34,551 bases of DNA, taken from an uncultured Prevotellaceae bacterium (GTDB lineage: Bacteria; Bacteroidota; Bacteroidia; Bacteroidales; Bacteroidaceae). Location of the stretch: NCBI GenBank assembly GCA_945788385.1, contig CALZLQ010000001.1:1-34551 (forward strand). Reading direction: 5' to 3'. The position numbers and the translations under genes were made by a program. The first letter of the stretch is position 1. The number at the start of each line of letters is the position of its first letter. Of this stretch, positions 25,383 through 34,510 are shown piece after piece. The notes beneath the pieces were generated by a model. That model made no database searches. It saw only the letters and a program-made list of their open reading frames with translations, and was not told the DNA's origin.

Positions 25383-27335
25383 ATGAATTATGGATTCGTA
25401 CGCGTGGGAGTTGGCATACCTCAAGTGAAGGTGGCTGACCCTCAGGCCAACGTCGAAGAGATAATGCAGCTCGTCCTGCAAAGCGTCAATCAGGGAGTGG
25501 AGATTCTTCTCACTCCCGAACTGTCGCTCACGGGATATACCTGTCAGGATCTATTTCACCAGCAGATGCTAATAGATGAGGCGGAGGTGGCTCTGCTGAA
25601 ACTCATGGATTTCACGCGCTCCATGGACACTATTATCGTAGTGGGGCTGCCTGTCACATACGACGGACGACTGCTGAACTGCGCTGCGGTATTGCAGAAG
25701 GGCAAGCTGTTGGGGCTCGTCCCCAAGACGTTCCTGCCCAACTATCGGGAATTTTACGAGCAACGCTGGTTTACCTCAGCCGCTGACATTCCAATGGGTA
25801 AGGTATGGCTTTGCGGACAACAGATACAGTTGTCACGCTATCAGTTGTTCCGCACTCCGAGCTGCACATTCGGCATCGAAATATGCGAGGATGTCTGGGC
25901 TCCAGTACCTCCATCGTGTGCATTGGCCCAAATGGGTGCCGAACTAATACTCAATCTCAGTGCTGATAACGACTGTGTAGGCAAATACCAATATCTCAAG
26001 AGTCTGATCGTGCAGCAAAGTGCACGTCTACTCGCTGGATATGTTTTCGCTGGAGCAGGCTACGGGGAGAGCACGCAAGACCTCGTCTTCGGCAGCAAGG
26101 CTTTAGTATGCGAAAACGGCGCGCTGATAGCTGAGGGGCAGACTCACTGTCTCACACCACAGCTCATCACTGCCGAAATCGATGTCGAACGGCTGCGTAT
26201 CGAACGACGTAACAACACAACTTTTTCTGCCTCGGCTGCCGCATATCGCGAATGCAATCCGCTCATCACCGACACGGATATGCTCGTGCAAAATCTCTCG
26301 AGCCTTACACGTCATGTCAACCCCCACCCCTTCGTCCCTCGCGGACCCGAACTCGACAAACGTTGTCAGGAGATTTTTGCTATACAGACAGAAGGACTCG
26401 CCAAACGACTCTCCCATACTCATAGCCAGGTAGCAGTAGTGGGCATCAGCGGCGGACTCGACAGCACTCTAGCCCTTCTCGTCTGTGTCAGGACATTTGA
26501 TATGCTCGGTCTCGACCGCAAGGGTATCGTGGGCATAACAATGCCCGGTTTCGGCACCACGGACCGCACTTATACCAATGCTGTCAATCTCATGAAGTTC
26601 CTCGGCATCACGATTCGCGAGATAAGTATCAAGGAGGCATGTATACAGCATTTCGAAGACCTCGGTCACGATATGAACAAACATGATGTCACCTACGAAA
26701 ACGGGCAAGCTCGCGAACGCACCCAGATACTCATGGACGCAGCCAACCAGATGAACGGTCTCGTCGTTGGCACAGGAGACCTATCTGAGCTCGCATTGGG
26801 CTGGGCTACATACAACGGCGACCACATGAGCATGTATGGGGTCAATGCCTCTGTACCCAAGACTCTCGTCAGACACCTCGTAAGCTGGGTAGCCAACACG
26901 ACTTCCGACGAAAACACGCGCATCACCCTGCTTGACATCGTCGATACTCCAATCAGCCCCGAACTAATACCTGCTGATGCTGACGGCAGTATAAGCCAAA
27001 AAACTGAGGACCTCGTCGGTCCATACGAGCTTCATGACTTCTTCCTCTACTATGTCTTACGTTGGGGATTCCGCCCTGCCAAGGTGTTCCATTTAGCTCA
27101 AAAGGCTTTTCAGGAGCAGAATGACGCGACCGATGAAACAGGACATTATGACGATGCGACCATCAAGAAGTGGCTCACTACGTTCTACCGCCGTTTCTTC
27201 AACCAACAGTTCAAACGTAGCTGTCTGCCCGACGGACCAAAGGTGGGCACATGCTCCCTTTCGCCACGAGGAGACTGGAGAATGCCAAGTGATGCATCAT
27301 CTGCCAGCTGGTTGCGCGAATGCGAAGGACTGTAA
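25383..27335 (+). CDS. nadE: Glutamine-dependent NAD+ synthase
   Basis: 650 aa. N-terminal CN-hydrolase (nitrilase-like) domain with the Cys context FGIEICEDVW. C-terminal NAD synthetase domain with PP-loop GISGGLDS. Confidence 0.92.
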   Translation: MNYGFVRVGVGIPQVKVADPQANVEEIMQLVLQSVNQGVEILLTPELSLTGYTCQDLFHQQMLIDEAEVALLKLMDFTRSMDTIIVVGLPVTYDGRLLNCAAVLQKGKLLGLVPKTFLPNYREFYEQRWFTSAADIPMGKVWLCGQQIQLSRYQLFRTPSCTFGIEICEDVWAPVPPSCALAQMGAELILNLSADNDCVGKYQYLKSLIVQQSARLLAGYVFAGAGYGESTQDLVFGSKALVCENGALIAEGQTHCLTPQLITAEIDVERLRIERRNNTTFSASAAAYRECNPLITDTDMLVQNLSSLTRHVNPHPFVPRGPELDKRCQEIFAIQTEGLAKRLSHTHSQVAVVGISGGLDSTLALLVCVRTFDMLGLDRKGIVGITMPGFGTTDRTYTNAVNLMKFLGITIREISIKEACIQHFEDLGHDMNKHDVTYENGQARERTQILMDAANQMNGLVVGTGDLSELALGWATYNGDHMSMYGVNASVPKTLVRHLVSWVANTTSDENTRITLLDIVDTPISPELIPADADGSISQKTEDLVGPYELHDFFLYYVLRWGFRPAKVFHLAQKAFQEQNDATDETGHYDDATIKKWLTTFYRRFFNQQFKRSCLPDGPKVGTCSLSPRGDWRMPSDASSASWLRECEGL

Positions 27336-28669
27336 ACTTTGATACAACCGGCGTGCTCCAACGCATACTGGTACTTGGAGTTCCCATCATCATAGGTCAG
27401 TTAGGACAAATCGCCCAACAATTTGCTGACACTATGATGGTGGGGCACTTTAGTACTGCTCACCTCGCTGCCTCAGGATTTATAAACAATCTCTTCAACC
27501 TTGTCATCTTCTTTCAGCTCGGCATCTCATATGCTGTGACTCCTGTAGTGGGAGCAGCCAAGGGCAAGAATGACCCACGAGGTGTAGCACAATCTCTCGC
27601 AGACGGCATAGTCACCAATCTCATTGCCAGCATTGTCATCACCATCGTACTCCTCGCCGTATACCACAACATAGAGATTTTCAGGCAGCCGGCAGAGATA
27701 GTCCCCATCGCTCTCCCCTATCTTCTCACACTTACCGTCAGCGTGCCATTCATGGCTGCCTTCAACGCTCTCAAGCAGTACTCTGATGCATTGGGTAATA
27801 CGAGCACTCCCATGTGGATAATGCTTGCCTCAAACGTACTTAACATTGTCCTCAACTATCTTTTGATTTACGGTATCAGTATTCCGTATTTCACTCTCGT
27901 ACCACTCGGACTAACGGGTGCAGGCATCGCCACTTTCGTCTCACGCGTTTTCTCACTCACAGTACTCGCCTTGTGCATAAGGAGTCCTCACAGTATTACT
28001 TCTATCAACTTGCAGGGTATCAAGCACATGTTCCGACTTGGCATCCCTATCAGCATACAACTGACACTTGAGGCCTCTTCATTCAACATCTGTGCCATCT
28101 TCATGGGGTGGCTTGGTTCCGTCCCATTGGCTGCCCACCAGATTATGTGCACCATAGCCACGCTCTGCTTTCAGGTAGTATACGGCATCGGTGCTGCAGC
28201 CAGCGTCATAATCAGCCAATACCGCGGTGCCGGCGACTGGAACAATGTACGTCACACCGCTCATATAGCATGGTTTGCAGGATTCGCCATAATATTGTTC
28301 ATGAACGCTACAGTATACCTGTGTCGAGAACCTCTCATCAGTGCATTCACTACCAATGAGCAAGTTCGTGCGTGCATATTCAGCCTCATGCCATGTTTCT
28401 TTCTCTATCAGACAGGTGACAGCATACAGATAATATATGCAAACGCTTTGCGCGGAATAGAGCAAGTGCGTCGTATGATGACATACGCTTTCATATCTTA
28501 CCTTGTCGTCAGCATACCTCTTAGCTATACTTTCGGTTTCACTTTCCATCTTGGTAGCACTGGTGTTTGGCTGGGCATCCCCTTTGGACTGAGTCTTGCT
28601 GGTCTGCTATTCTGGCACGAGTTTAACAGACAAACACGGCTGAAAATCGCAGCTGTGCCCCCACAATAG
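27320..28669 (+). CDS. MATE family efflux transporter
   Basis: 449 aa, about 12 predicted TM helices. N-terminal pattern ILVLGVPIIIGQLGQIAQQFADTMMVGH is typical of MATE/NorM-like proteins. Overlaps the nadE 3' end by 16 nt. Confidence 0.85.
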   Translation: MRRTVNFDTTGVLQRILVLGVPIIIGQLGQIAQQFADTMMVGHFSTAHLAASGFINNLFNLVIFFQLGISYAVTPVVGAAKGKNDPRGVAQSLADGIVTNLIASIVITIVLLAVYHNIEIFRQPAEIVPIALPYLLTLTVSVPFMAAFNALKQYSDALGNTSTPMWIMLASNVLNIVLNYLLIYGISIPYFTLVPLGLTGAGIATFVSRVFSLTVLALCIRSPHSITSINLQGIKHMFRLGIPISIQLTLEASSFNICAIFMGWLGSVPLAAHQIMCTIATLCFQVVYGIGAAASVIISQYRGAGDWNNVRHTAHIAWFAGFAIILFMNATVYLCREPLISAFTTNEQVRACIFSLMPCFFLYQTGDSIQIIYANALRGIEQVRRMMTYAFISYLVVSIPLSYTFGFTFHLGSTGVWLGIPFGLSLAGLLFWHEFNRQTRLKIAAVPPQ

Positions 28670-28682
28670 TGTTCACGTATTC

Positions 28683-28741
28683 ATGCATTTGTCTGTCTTG
28701 GACACCCATATCTATTACATATAGACAAAAATGCATTTTTT
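28683..28741 (+). terminator. Probable intrinsic terminator after the MATE gene
   Basis: Stem ATGCATTTGTCT (28683-28694) / AGACAA-aa-ATGCAT (28723-28736), with a 2-nt bulge and a large loop. A T5 run follows at 28737-28741. Confidence 0.45.
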
Positions 28742-28824
28742 ATTCGACATTCCACTGACTTTTCGCATCTTTTTTGTATCTTTACCAAGCAGAAACAAAA
28801 ATATAACTCATTAATCTATCAATT

Positions 28825-30567
28825 ATGGACCAAGAACTCATAAAAAAATGTACCGGAGTTGCACAAAAGTGGTTAGACAGCCCCCTCTACGATGATGAGA
28901 CCAAGGCTGAAGTAAAAGCCATGTTGGAATCTGATGACAAGACAGCGCTGATTGACGCATTCTACCAGTCTCTTGAATTTGGCACTGGAGGTCTGCGCGG
29001 CATCATGGGGGCCGGCACAAACCGCATGAACAAATACATCGTCGGTATGGCCACACAGGGCTTTGCCAACTACATCAACAAGGCTTTCCCTGAAGGTGGC
29101 AAGAGCGTGGTAGTAGGTCACGACTGCCGCAACAACGGCCGTATGTATGCTGAGAGCGTGGCTGCCATTTTTTCTGCCAATGGTATCAAGGCATATCTTT
29201 TCGAGAGTCTGCGCCCCACTCCAGAGATATCGTTTGCTATCCGCCAATTGGGCGCAGTGGCTGGAGTTAACGTAACAGCTTCACACAATCCAAAGGAATA
29301 CAACGGATACAAGGCTTATTGGGCAGATGGTGCCCAGGTTTTGGCACCACACGACAAAGGCATCATTGATGAGGTCAACAAGGTGAGCATCGAAGATGTC
29401 AAGTTTGAAGCCAACTGGGACCTTATCCAGATAATCGGAGGAGAGATGGACTACGACTACATGAGCGCCGTCAAGGAAGCCATGGTAGACCAAGACGTTA
29501 TATTGCGTCAGAAAGACCTCAACATCGTGTATAGTGCAATGCACGGCACAGGACGCGTCATCGTACCACTCTGTCTGCGCTCATGGGGATTCCAGAACAT
29601 CAACGTGGTACCCGAACAAATGGTCGTAGACGGCAATTTCCCAACCGTCGTATCCCCCAACCCCGAAAATGCCGAAGCAATGACTCTCGGCATGAAACTC
29701 GGCACCAAGCTAAATGCAGACCTCGTTGTTGCCACAGACCCCGATGCAGATCGTCTCGCTATCGTATGCCGTGACCCACAAGGTCAGTGGACTATCATTA
29801 ACGGCAACCAGACTGCCATGATGTTTGTCTATTACATCATCAAAAACAAGAAGGCCCTCGGCACACTTCAACCCAGCGACTTCCTCGTCAAGACTATTGT
29901 TACCACCGAAGTCATCGCAGAAATGGCCAAGAAGGAAGGTGTGGAACTCAGAGACTGCTACACAGGATTCAAATGGATAGCACGCGAGATAGCCCTCAGC
30001 GAAGGCAAGCAGAAATACATCGGTGGAGGCGAAGAATCATTCGGATTCCTCCCCTACGACAAGGTTCGCGACAAAGATGCCCCAGCCTCCATCTGTCTCA
30101 TCTGTGAGATTGCGGCATGGGCCAAAGACCAAGGCAAGACCCTCTATGACCTGCTCATGGATATCTACAAGGAGTACGGCTTCTCATACGAGCACACCAT
30201 CAATGTCACCAAGCCAGGCAAGAGCGGAGCCGACGAAATCAAGCATATGATGGCAGACTTCCGCGGTGAGAAAGCTCCTAAAGAGATTGCAGGCAGCAAA
30301 GTCATACTAACCAAAGACTATCAGGCCCTCACCCAGATGGACAGCGACGGTAACATAAGCCCCCTCGACATGCCAGCCAAGAGCAACGTACTCCAATGGT
30401 TCTGTCAAGATGGCACCAAGATAAGCGTACGCCCCTCAGGTACAGAACCCAAGATAAAGTTCTACTGCGAGGTGAAAGGCACTATCGGATGCGCCAAATG
30501 CTACCCCACCGAGATTCAGAAGGCAAAGTCAAAAGTCGAAGACATCAAGCAGTCGTTAGGACTGTAG
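28825..30567 (+). CDS. Phosphoglucomutase / phosphomannomutase-type alpha-D-phosphohexomutase
   Basis: 580 aa. Phosphoserine loop TASHNPKEYNGYK, Mg-binding loop DPDADR, sugar-binding loop GGEESFG. Confidence 0.9.
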   Translation: MDQELIKKCTGVAQKWLDSPLYDDETKAEVKAMLESDDKTALIDAFYQSLEFGTGGLRGIMGAGTNRMNKYIVGMATQGFANYINKAFPEGGKSVVVGHDCRNNGRMYAESVAAIFSANGIKAYLFESLRPTPEISFAIRQLGAVAGVNVTASHNPKEYNGYKAYWADGAQVLAPHDKGIIDEVNKVSIEDVKFEANWDLIQIIGGEMDYDYMSAVKEAMVDQDVILRQKDLNIVYSAMHGTGRVIVPLCLRSWGFQNINVVPEQMVVDGNFPTVVSPNPENAEAMTLGMKLGTKLNADLVVATDPDADRLAIVCRDPQGQWTIINGNQTAMMFVYYIIKNKKALGTLQPSDFLVKTIVTTEVIAEMAKKEGVELRDCYTGFKWIAREIALSEGKQKYIGGGEESFGFLPYDKVRDKDAPASICLICEIAAWAKDQGKTLYDLLMDIYKEYGFSYEHTINVTKPGKSGADEIKHMMADFRGEKAPKEIAGSKVILTKDYQALTQMDSDGNISPLDMPAKSNVLQWFCQDGTKISVRPSGTEPKIKFYCEVKGTIGCAKCYPTEIQKAKSKVEDIKQSLGL

Positions 30568-30573
30568 TATCAC

Positions 30574-30613
30574 ACAGTTGTTGTTGGAGAGATTCCTCTC
30601 CAACAACAACTGT
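30574..30613 (+). terminator. Strong hairpin terminator after the phosphohexomutase gene
   Basis: Perfect 18-bp stem ACAGTTGTTGTTGGAGAG (30574-30591) / CTCTCCAACAACAACTGT (30596-30613) with 4-nt loop ATTC, starting 7 nt after the stop. No U-tract. Confidence 0.7.
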
Positions 30614-30640
30614 CTTGTCATATCCCATCCCCATCAGTAA

Positions 30641-31267
30641 ATGAAGGCTGAAATTATATACAAATACTTCCCACACCTCACCGACGACCAGAAATCCAGA
30701 TATGAAGCACTCGACCAACTCTACCAAGACTGGAATTCAAAAATCAACGTCATTTCTCGCAAAGACACTGACAACCTCTATGAGCGCCACATATTACACT
30801 CGCTTGGCATAGCTCAGGTATACGGATTCAAAGACGACACGAACATCATGGATATAGGTTGTGGCGGAGGTTTCCCAAGCATTCCACTTGCGATACTCTA
30901 CCCCAATGTGCACTTTCACCTTGTAGACAGCATTCGCAAGAAAATACATGTCTGCGAGCAGATAGCAGGCAGTCTCGCCCTCACAAATGTCACGACCGAG
31001 TGGACTCGGGCTGAACAAATCAAAGACAAATACGACTTCGTCATCAGCCGAGCAGTGATGCCACTTGCCGACCTCGTCAAACTCATACGCAAGAACATTT
31101 CCAGCCATCAGCGCAATGCAATGCCTAACGGACTCATCTGCCTCAAGGGTGGCGAACTTGCCAATGAGGTTTTGCCACTCAAGTCACGCACAGTAATAAC
31201 ATCCCTGTCCAACTATTATGAAGAGGAATTCTTTCAGACCAAAAAAGTGGTCTACGTCACACTATAA
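30641..31267 (+). CDS. rsmG: 16S rRNA (guanine527-N7)-methyltransferase RsmG (GidB)
   Basis: 208 aa. SAM-binding motif DIGCGGGFPSIPLAI. Family-typical N-terminal region (...QDWNSKINVISRKD). Confidence 0.9.
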   Translation: MKAEIIYKYFPHLTDDQKSRYEALDQLYQDWNSKINVISRKDTDNLYERHILHSLGIAQVYGFKDDTNIMDIGCGGGFPSIPLAILYPNVHFHLVDSIRKKIHVCEQIAGSLALTNVTTEWTRAEQIKDKYDFVISRAVMPLADLVKLIRKNISSHQRNAMPNGLICLKGGELANEVLPLKSRTVITSLSNYYEEEFFQTKKVVYVTL

Positions 31268-31272
31268 TCCTC

Positions 31273-31914
31273 ATGAACTACCAAGTATTCTGCGTCAATC
31301 CCGTACAGGAAAATTGCTATATCGTATGGGATGAAATCACTGGTGAAGCCGCCATCATAGACTGCGGCGCATGGACCAGCAGTGAAAAAGCAGCCATCAG
31401 CATTTTCGTCAGCGAGAATCACCTGAAGATCAAATACGCGCTTCAGACCCACACACACTTTGACCATGTTATAGGCCTTCCCTTCGTCAGCGAGACCTAT
31501 TCACTTTCCCCATACTGTCACCGTGATGATGCCGCCACCTATGCATCCGTCCCGGAGATGTTAGAACAGTGGTTTCATATACAGCCCGACAGCCCTCTGC
31601 CGCAAATGACCTACTACGACCAATGCAGCCCACTCTGCATCGGCACACATCAAATACACGTAATCCATACCCCTGGTCACAGCCCTGGCAGCGTATGCCT
31701 ACACATACCCAGCCAGAAGCTCCTGTTCTCGGGTGACACCCTGTTCAATATGGGGATAGGCCGTACAGACCTCCCCGGCGGCTCATACCGACAGGAGATA
31801 GAAAGCATCAATGACAAGATTCTCACCCTCGACGAATCTACCATAGTTCTGCCGGGCCACGGCCCAAAGACCACCATTGCACGGGAAAAACTCACAAATC
31901 CATACCTTATCTAA
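31273..31914 (+). CDS. MBL-fold metallo-hydrolase (glyoxalase II-like)
   Basis: 213 aa. Metal-binding motif HTHFDH. Later HTPGHSPG and a C-terminal GHG. Starts 5 nt after rsmG. Confidence 0.85.
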   Translation: MNYQVFCVNPVQENCYIVWDEITGEAAIIDCGAWTSSEKAAISIFVSENHLKIKYALQTHTHFDHVIGLPFVSETYSLSPYCHRDDAATYASVPEMLEQWFHIQPDSPLPQMTYYDQCSPLCIGTHQIHVIHTPGHSPGSVCLHIPSQKLLFSGDTLFNMGIGRTDLPGGSYRQEIESINDKILTLDESTIVLPGHGPKTTIAREKLTNPYLI

Positions 31915-31944
31915 TATAGGACCACAAAATAAACATCAAAAACC

Positions 31945-31975
31945 TTTGTACATACGATAGTTTTTGCTATTTTTG
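31945..31975 (+). promoter_or_regulatory. galE promoter: -33 TTTG and -7 TATTTTTG
   Basis: TTTG at 31945-31948, a 19-nt spacer, then TATTTTTG (exact TAnnTTTG) at 31968-31975, 45 nt upstream of the galE ATG. Confidence 0.6.
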
Positions 31976-32020
31976 TGACACGCAAGTCTAAAATACTAAC
32001 CCTAAAAACAAACATACGAC

Positions 32021-33037
32021 ATGAAGATTCTTCTTACAGGAGGTGCAGGCTTTATCGGAAGCCACACACTCATCGAACTCACCGAAGCGGGTCACGAGGC
32101 AGTAGTAGTAGACAACCTAGACAACTCCTCACCAATCTCCCTCAAACGCGTCGCCAAAATAATCGGCAAGGAAGTACCTTTTTACAAAGTCGACATCCGC
32201 GACCGTCAAGGTCTACAACAAGTGTTCAACGAACACAAGTTTGATGCCTGCATCCACTTTGCCGGGCTCAAGGCCGTAGGCGAATCATGCGCCAAGCCAC
32301 TCGAGTACTATGAGAACAACATGAACGGCACCTTCGTTCTACTTGATGTGATGCGCAAAAACGGCTGCAAGAACATCATATTCTCATCATCAGCGACTGT
32401 ATATGGCGACCCCGCCATTATCCCCATCACCGAAGAGTGCCCCAAAGGCCATTGTACCAACCCCTATGGTCAGACCAAGTCAATGCTTGAAGAGGTCCTC
32501 ATGGACGTTCAGAAAGCCGACAATGAATGGAATATCGTCCTGTTGCGCTACTTCAACCCAATCGGAGCTCACAAGTCTGGCACTATCGGCGAGAACCCCA
32601 ACGGCATCCCCAACAACCTCATGCCATACATCACTCAGACAGCAGTAGGCAAACGCGCAGAACTCGGAGTCTTTGGCAATGACTACGACACCCATGATGG
32701 TACGGGCGTACGTGACTATATCCACGTAGTAGACCTCGCCAGAGCCCACGTAGCAGCCCTCAAAGCTATCGTTGAGAAAAAAGGCATAGCCATCTACAAC
32801 ATCGGCACAGGCCACGGCTATAGCGTGCTCGATGTAGTCAAGGCATTCGAGAAAGCCAATGGAGTCCCCGTCCCATATAGCATCAAGCCACGTCGTCCAG
32901 GCGATATCGCCACATGCTATTGTAACCCTGCCAAAGCCAAAGCAGAACTCGGGTGGGAAGCACAGTACGGTATCGAAGACATGTGTCGTGACTCATGGAA
33001 TTGGCAGAAAAATAACCCCAACGGATTCGAGGAATAA
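32021..33037 (+). CDS. galE: UDP-glucose 4-epimerase
   Basis: 338 aa. Rossmann motif GGAGFIGSH and catalytic YGQTK (YxxxK). GalE-type C-terminal region. Confidence 0.93.
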   Translation: MKILLTGGAGFIGSHTLIELTEAGHEAVVVDNLDNSSPISLKRVAKIIGKEVPFYKVDIRDRQGLQQVFNEHKFDACIHFAGLKAVGESCAKPLEYYENNMNGTFVLLDVMRKNGCKNIIFSSSATVYGDPAIIPITEECPKGHCTNPYGQTKSMLEEVLMDVQKADNEWNIVLLRYFNPIGAHKSGTIGENPNGIPNNLMPYITQTAVGKRAELGVFGNDYDTHDGTGVRDYIHVVDLARAHVAALKAIVEKKGIAIYNIGTGHGYSVLDVVKAFEKANGVPVPYSIKPRRPGDIATCYCNPAKAKAELGWEAQYGIEDMCRDSWNWQKNNPNGFEE

Positions 33038-33075
33038 GCATTGGCATTAAATATCACCACATATACTTCCACATT

Positions 33076-33110
33076 AATTCTGCTACCAGCATAGGATTGG
33101 TAGCAGAATT
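33076..33110 (+). terminator. Hairpin terminator after galE
   Basis: Perfect 13-bp stem AATTCTGCTACCA (33076-33088) / TGGTAGCAGAATT (33098-33110) with a 9-nt loop, followed by T-rich TCTTATAT. Confidence 0.65.
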
Positions 33111-33198
33111 TCTTATATAACTACTCCCATTGAGTCTAAAATCCATGAAAACGTGATCAACCTCCAAATTATTGCACATAAAATCGCAAAAAAAATAT

Positions 33199-33222
33199 AA
33201 TTCGAGAATAAAATTCGAGAAT
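33199..33222. repeat. Two direct copies of AATTCGAGAAT, 13-nt period, just upstream of the ompA promoter (candidate operator)
   Basis: AATTCGAGAAT occurs at 33199-33209 and 33212-33222. The second copy extends to AATTCGAGAATT, an AATTC-GA-GAATT inverted repeat. Confidence 0.5.
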
Positions 33223-33226
33223 TGTA

Positions 33227-33256
33227 TTTGATATTTCAAAAATTGTTGTAATTTTG
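33227..33256 (+). promoter_or_regulatory. ompA promoter: -33 TTTG and -7 TAATTTTG
   Basis: TTTG at 33227-33230, an 18-nt spacer, then TAATTTTG at 33249-33256. This implies a roughly 90-nt leader before the ATG at 33353. Confidence 0.6.
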
Positions 33257-33352
33257 CAGTGCGAACGCAATAATATAGGCGTAAGACGATAAATGTAGGA
33301 AGAAAAACTACTATAGTAATAATAAGTTTAAGTTTTAAAACTAACAAAAAAA

Positions 33353-34510
33353 ATGAAGAAAATCGCAATGATTGCAGCATTTGCACTTGCTGGTATAGCA
33401 GCAAATGCTCAAGAGCAGACAAACTATGCTGGTTCAAGCAAGTTTACTGACAATTGGTCTGTAACACTGCAGGCAGGTGCAATTGCCAACTTCAACGACA
33501 TGAAGGATTGGTCACCTGTAGTACTCGTGGGTGCAGACAAGTACTTCACACCATGGTTGGGTGCTGGCGCCGACGTACGCGTAGCTTTCGGTTCAGGCGA
33601 GTGGCACAACACTAACACTGCAGTAGACGCTGTTAATGTAAATGTTTACGGTAAGGTTAACGTCATCAACCTCTTCAAGTTCAACGGTACACGCCGTTTC
33701 TTTGAGCCCGTAGCATACGCTGGTATCGGTTACAGCCACAAGTTCGGTGAGTTTGTTCACCCACTTGATCCAACAGATCCTACACCAGCAGGCGCAGGTA
33801 CAGTATTCAACAACTACGTGAACTTCCGTGCAGGTTTGGAGTTGAACTTCAACCTCGGCAAGAAGCGCAACTGGGCTGTAGTAGTTAACCCAGCATGCGT
33901 ATGGGGTGGTCAGAGAAACCTCTTCCTTGACGGCACAGGTAGCTTTGAGGTAACAGCTGGTGTTGTTTACCACTTCACTACAAGCAATGGTACAACAACC
34001 TTCACAAAGGTAACTCCACGTAGCCAGGCTGAGATTGACGCCCTCAACGCAACAATTGCTAAAATTCAGGCCGAGAAGGACGCATGCGCATCTCAGGCAT
34101 CTCAGGCACAGGCAAAGATTGCTTCTCTCCAGAACCAGGTTAACGAGCTCAAGAACCGCAAACCAGAGGTTGTTACAGTTAAGCAGAATGACGGCATGGA
34201 GTGCTACGTATACTATGCACAGGGCAAGAGCGCTATCTCTGCAGCTCAGCAGCCAAACGTAGAGCGCATCGCTACATTCCTCCGCAACAATGACAAGGCT
34301 AAGGTAGCCATCAAGGGTTACGCAAGCCCAGAGGGTTCTAAGGAGTTCAATGAGCGTCTTGCTCAGAAGCGTGCTGACGCAGTCAAGAACATGCTCGTTA
34401 AGCGTTACAAGATTGATGCAAGCCGCATCGAGGCTCAGGGTTGTGGTGTAGGCAGCACATTCAGCGAGCCAGATTGGAACCGCGTAAGCATCTGCACAAT
34501 CGAGAAGTAA
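33353..34510 (+). CDS. OmpA family outer-membrane protein (N-terminal beta-barrel, coiled-coil linker, C-terminal OmpA-like peptidoglycan-binding domain)
   Basis: 385 aa. Signal peptide MKKIAMIAAFALAGIAANAQ. Alternating-hydrophobic beta-strand region with aromatic strand ends. Heptad-like segment (EIDALNATIAKIQAEKD...IASLQNQVNELKN). OmpA_C motifs (GYASPEGSKEFNERLAQKRADAV). Codon usage looks strongly biased (GGT, CGT, AAC, TTC, GTA), as in highly expressed genes. Confidence 0.9.
   Translation: MKKIAMIAAFALAGIAANAQEQTNYAGSSKFTDNWSVTLQAGAIANFNDMKDWSPVVLVGADKYFTPWLGAGADVRVAFGSGEWHNTNTAVDAVNVNVYGKVNVINLFKFNGTRRFFEPVAYAGIGYSHKFGEFVHPLDPTDPTPAGAGTVFNNYVNFRAGLELNFNLGKKRNWAVVVNPACVWGGQRNLFLDGTGSFEVTAGVVYHFTTSNGTTTFTKVTPRSQAEIDALNATIAKIQAEKDACASQASQAQAKIASLQNQVNELKNRKPEVVTVKQNDGMECYVYYAQGKSAISAAQQPNVERIATFLRNNDKAKVAIKGYASPEGSKEFNERLAQKRADAVKNMLVKRYKIDASRIEAQGCGVGSTFSEPDWNRVSICTIEK

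Noticed and set aside
33054-33437. 127-aa minus-strand ORF spanning the galE-ompA intergenic region and the ompA start.
   Set aside because: The sequence is AT-rich, giving a Leu/Phe/Ile/Lys-rich translation. It overlaps the galE terminator, the ompA promoter and the ompA signal-peptide codons. No motif supports it, so it is almost certainly not coding.
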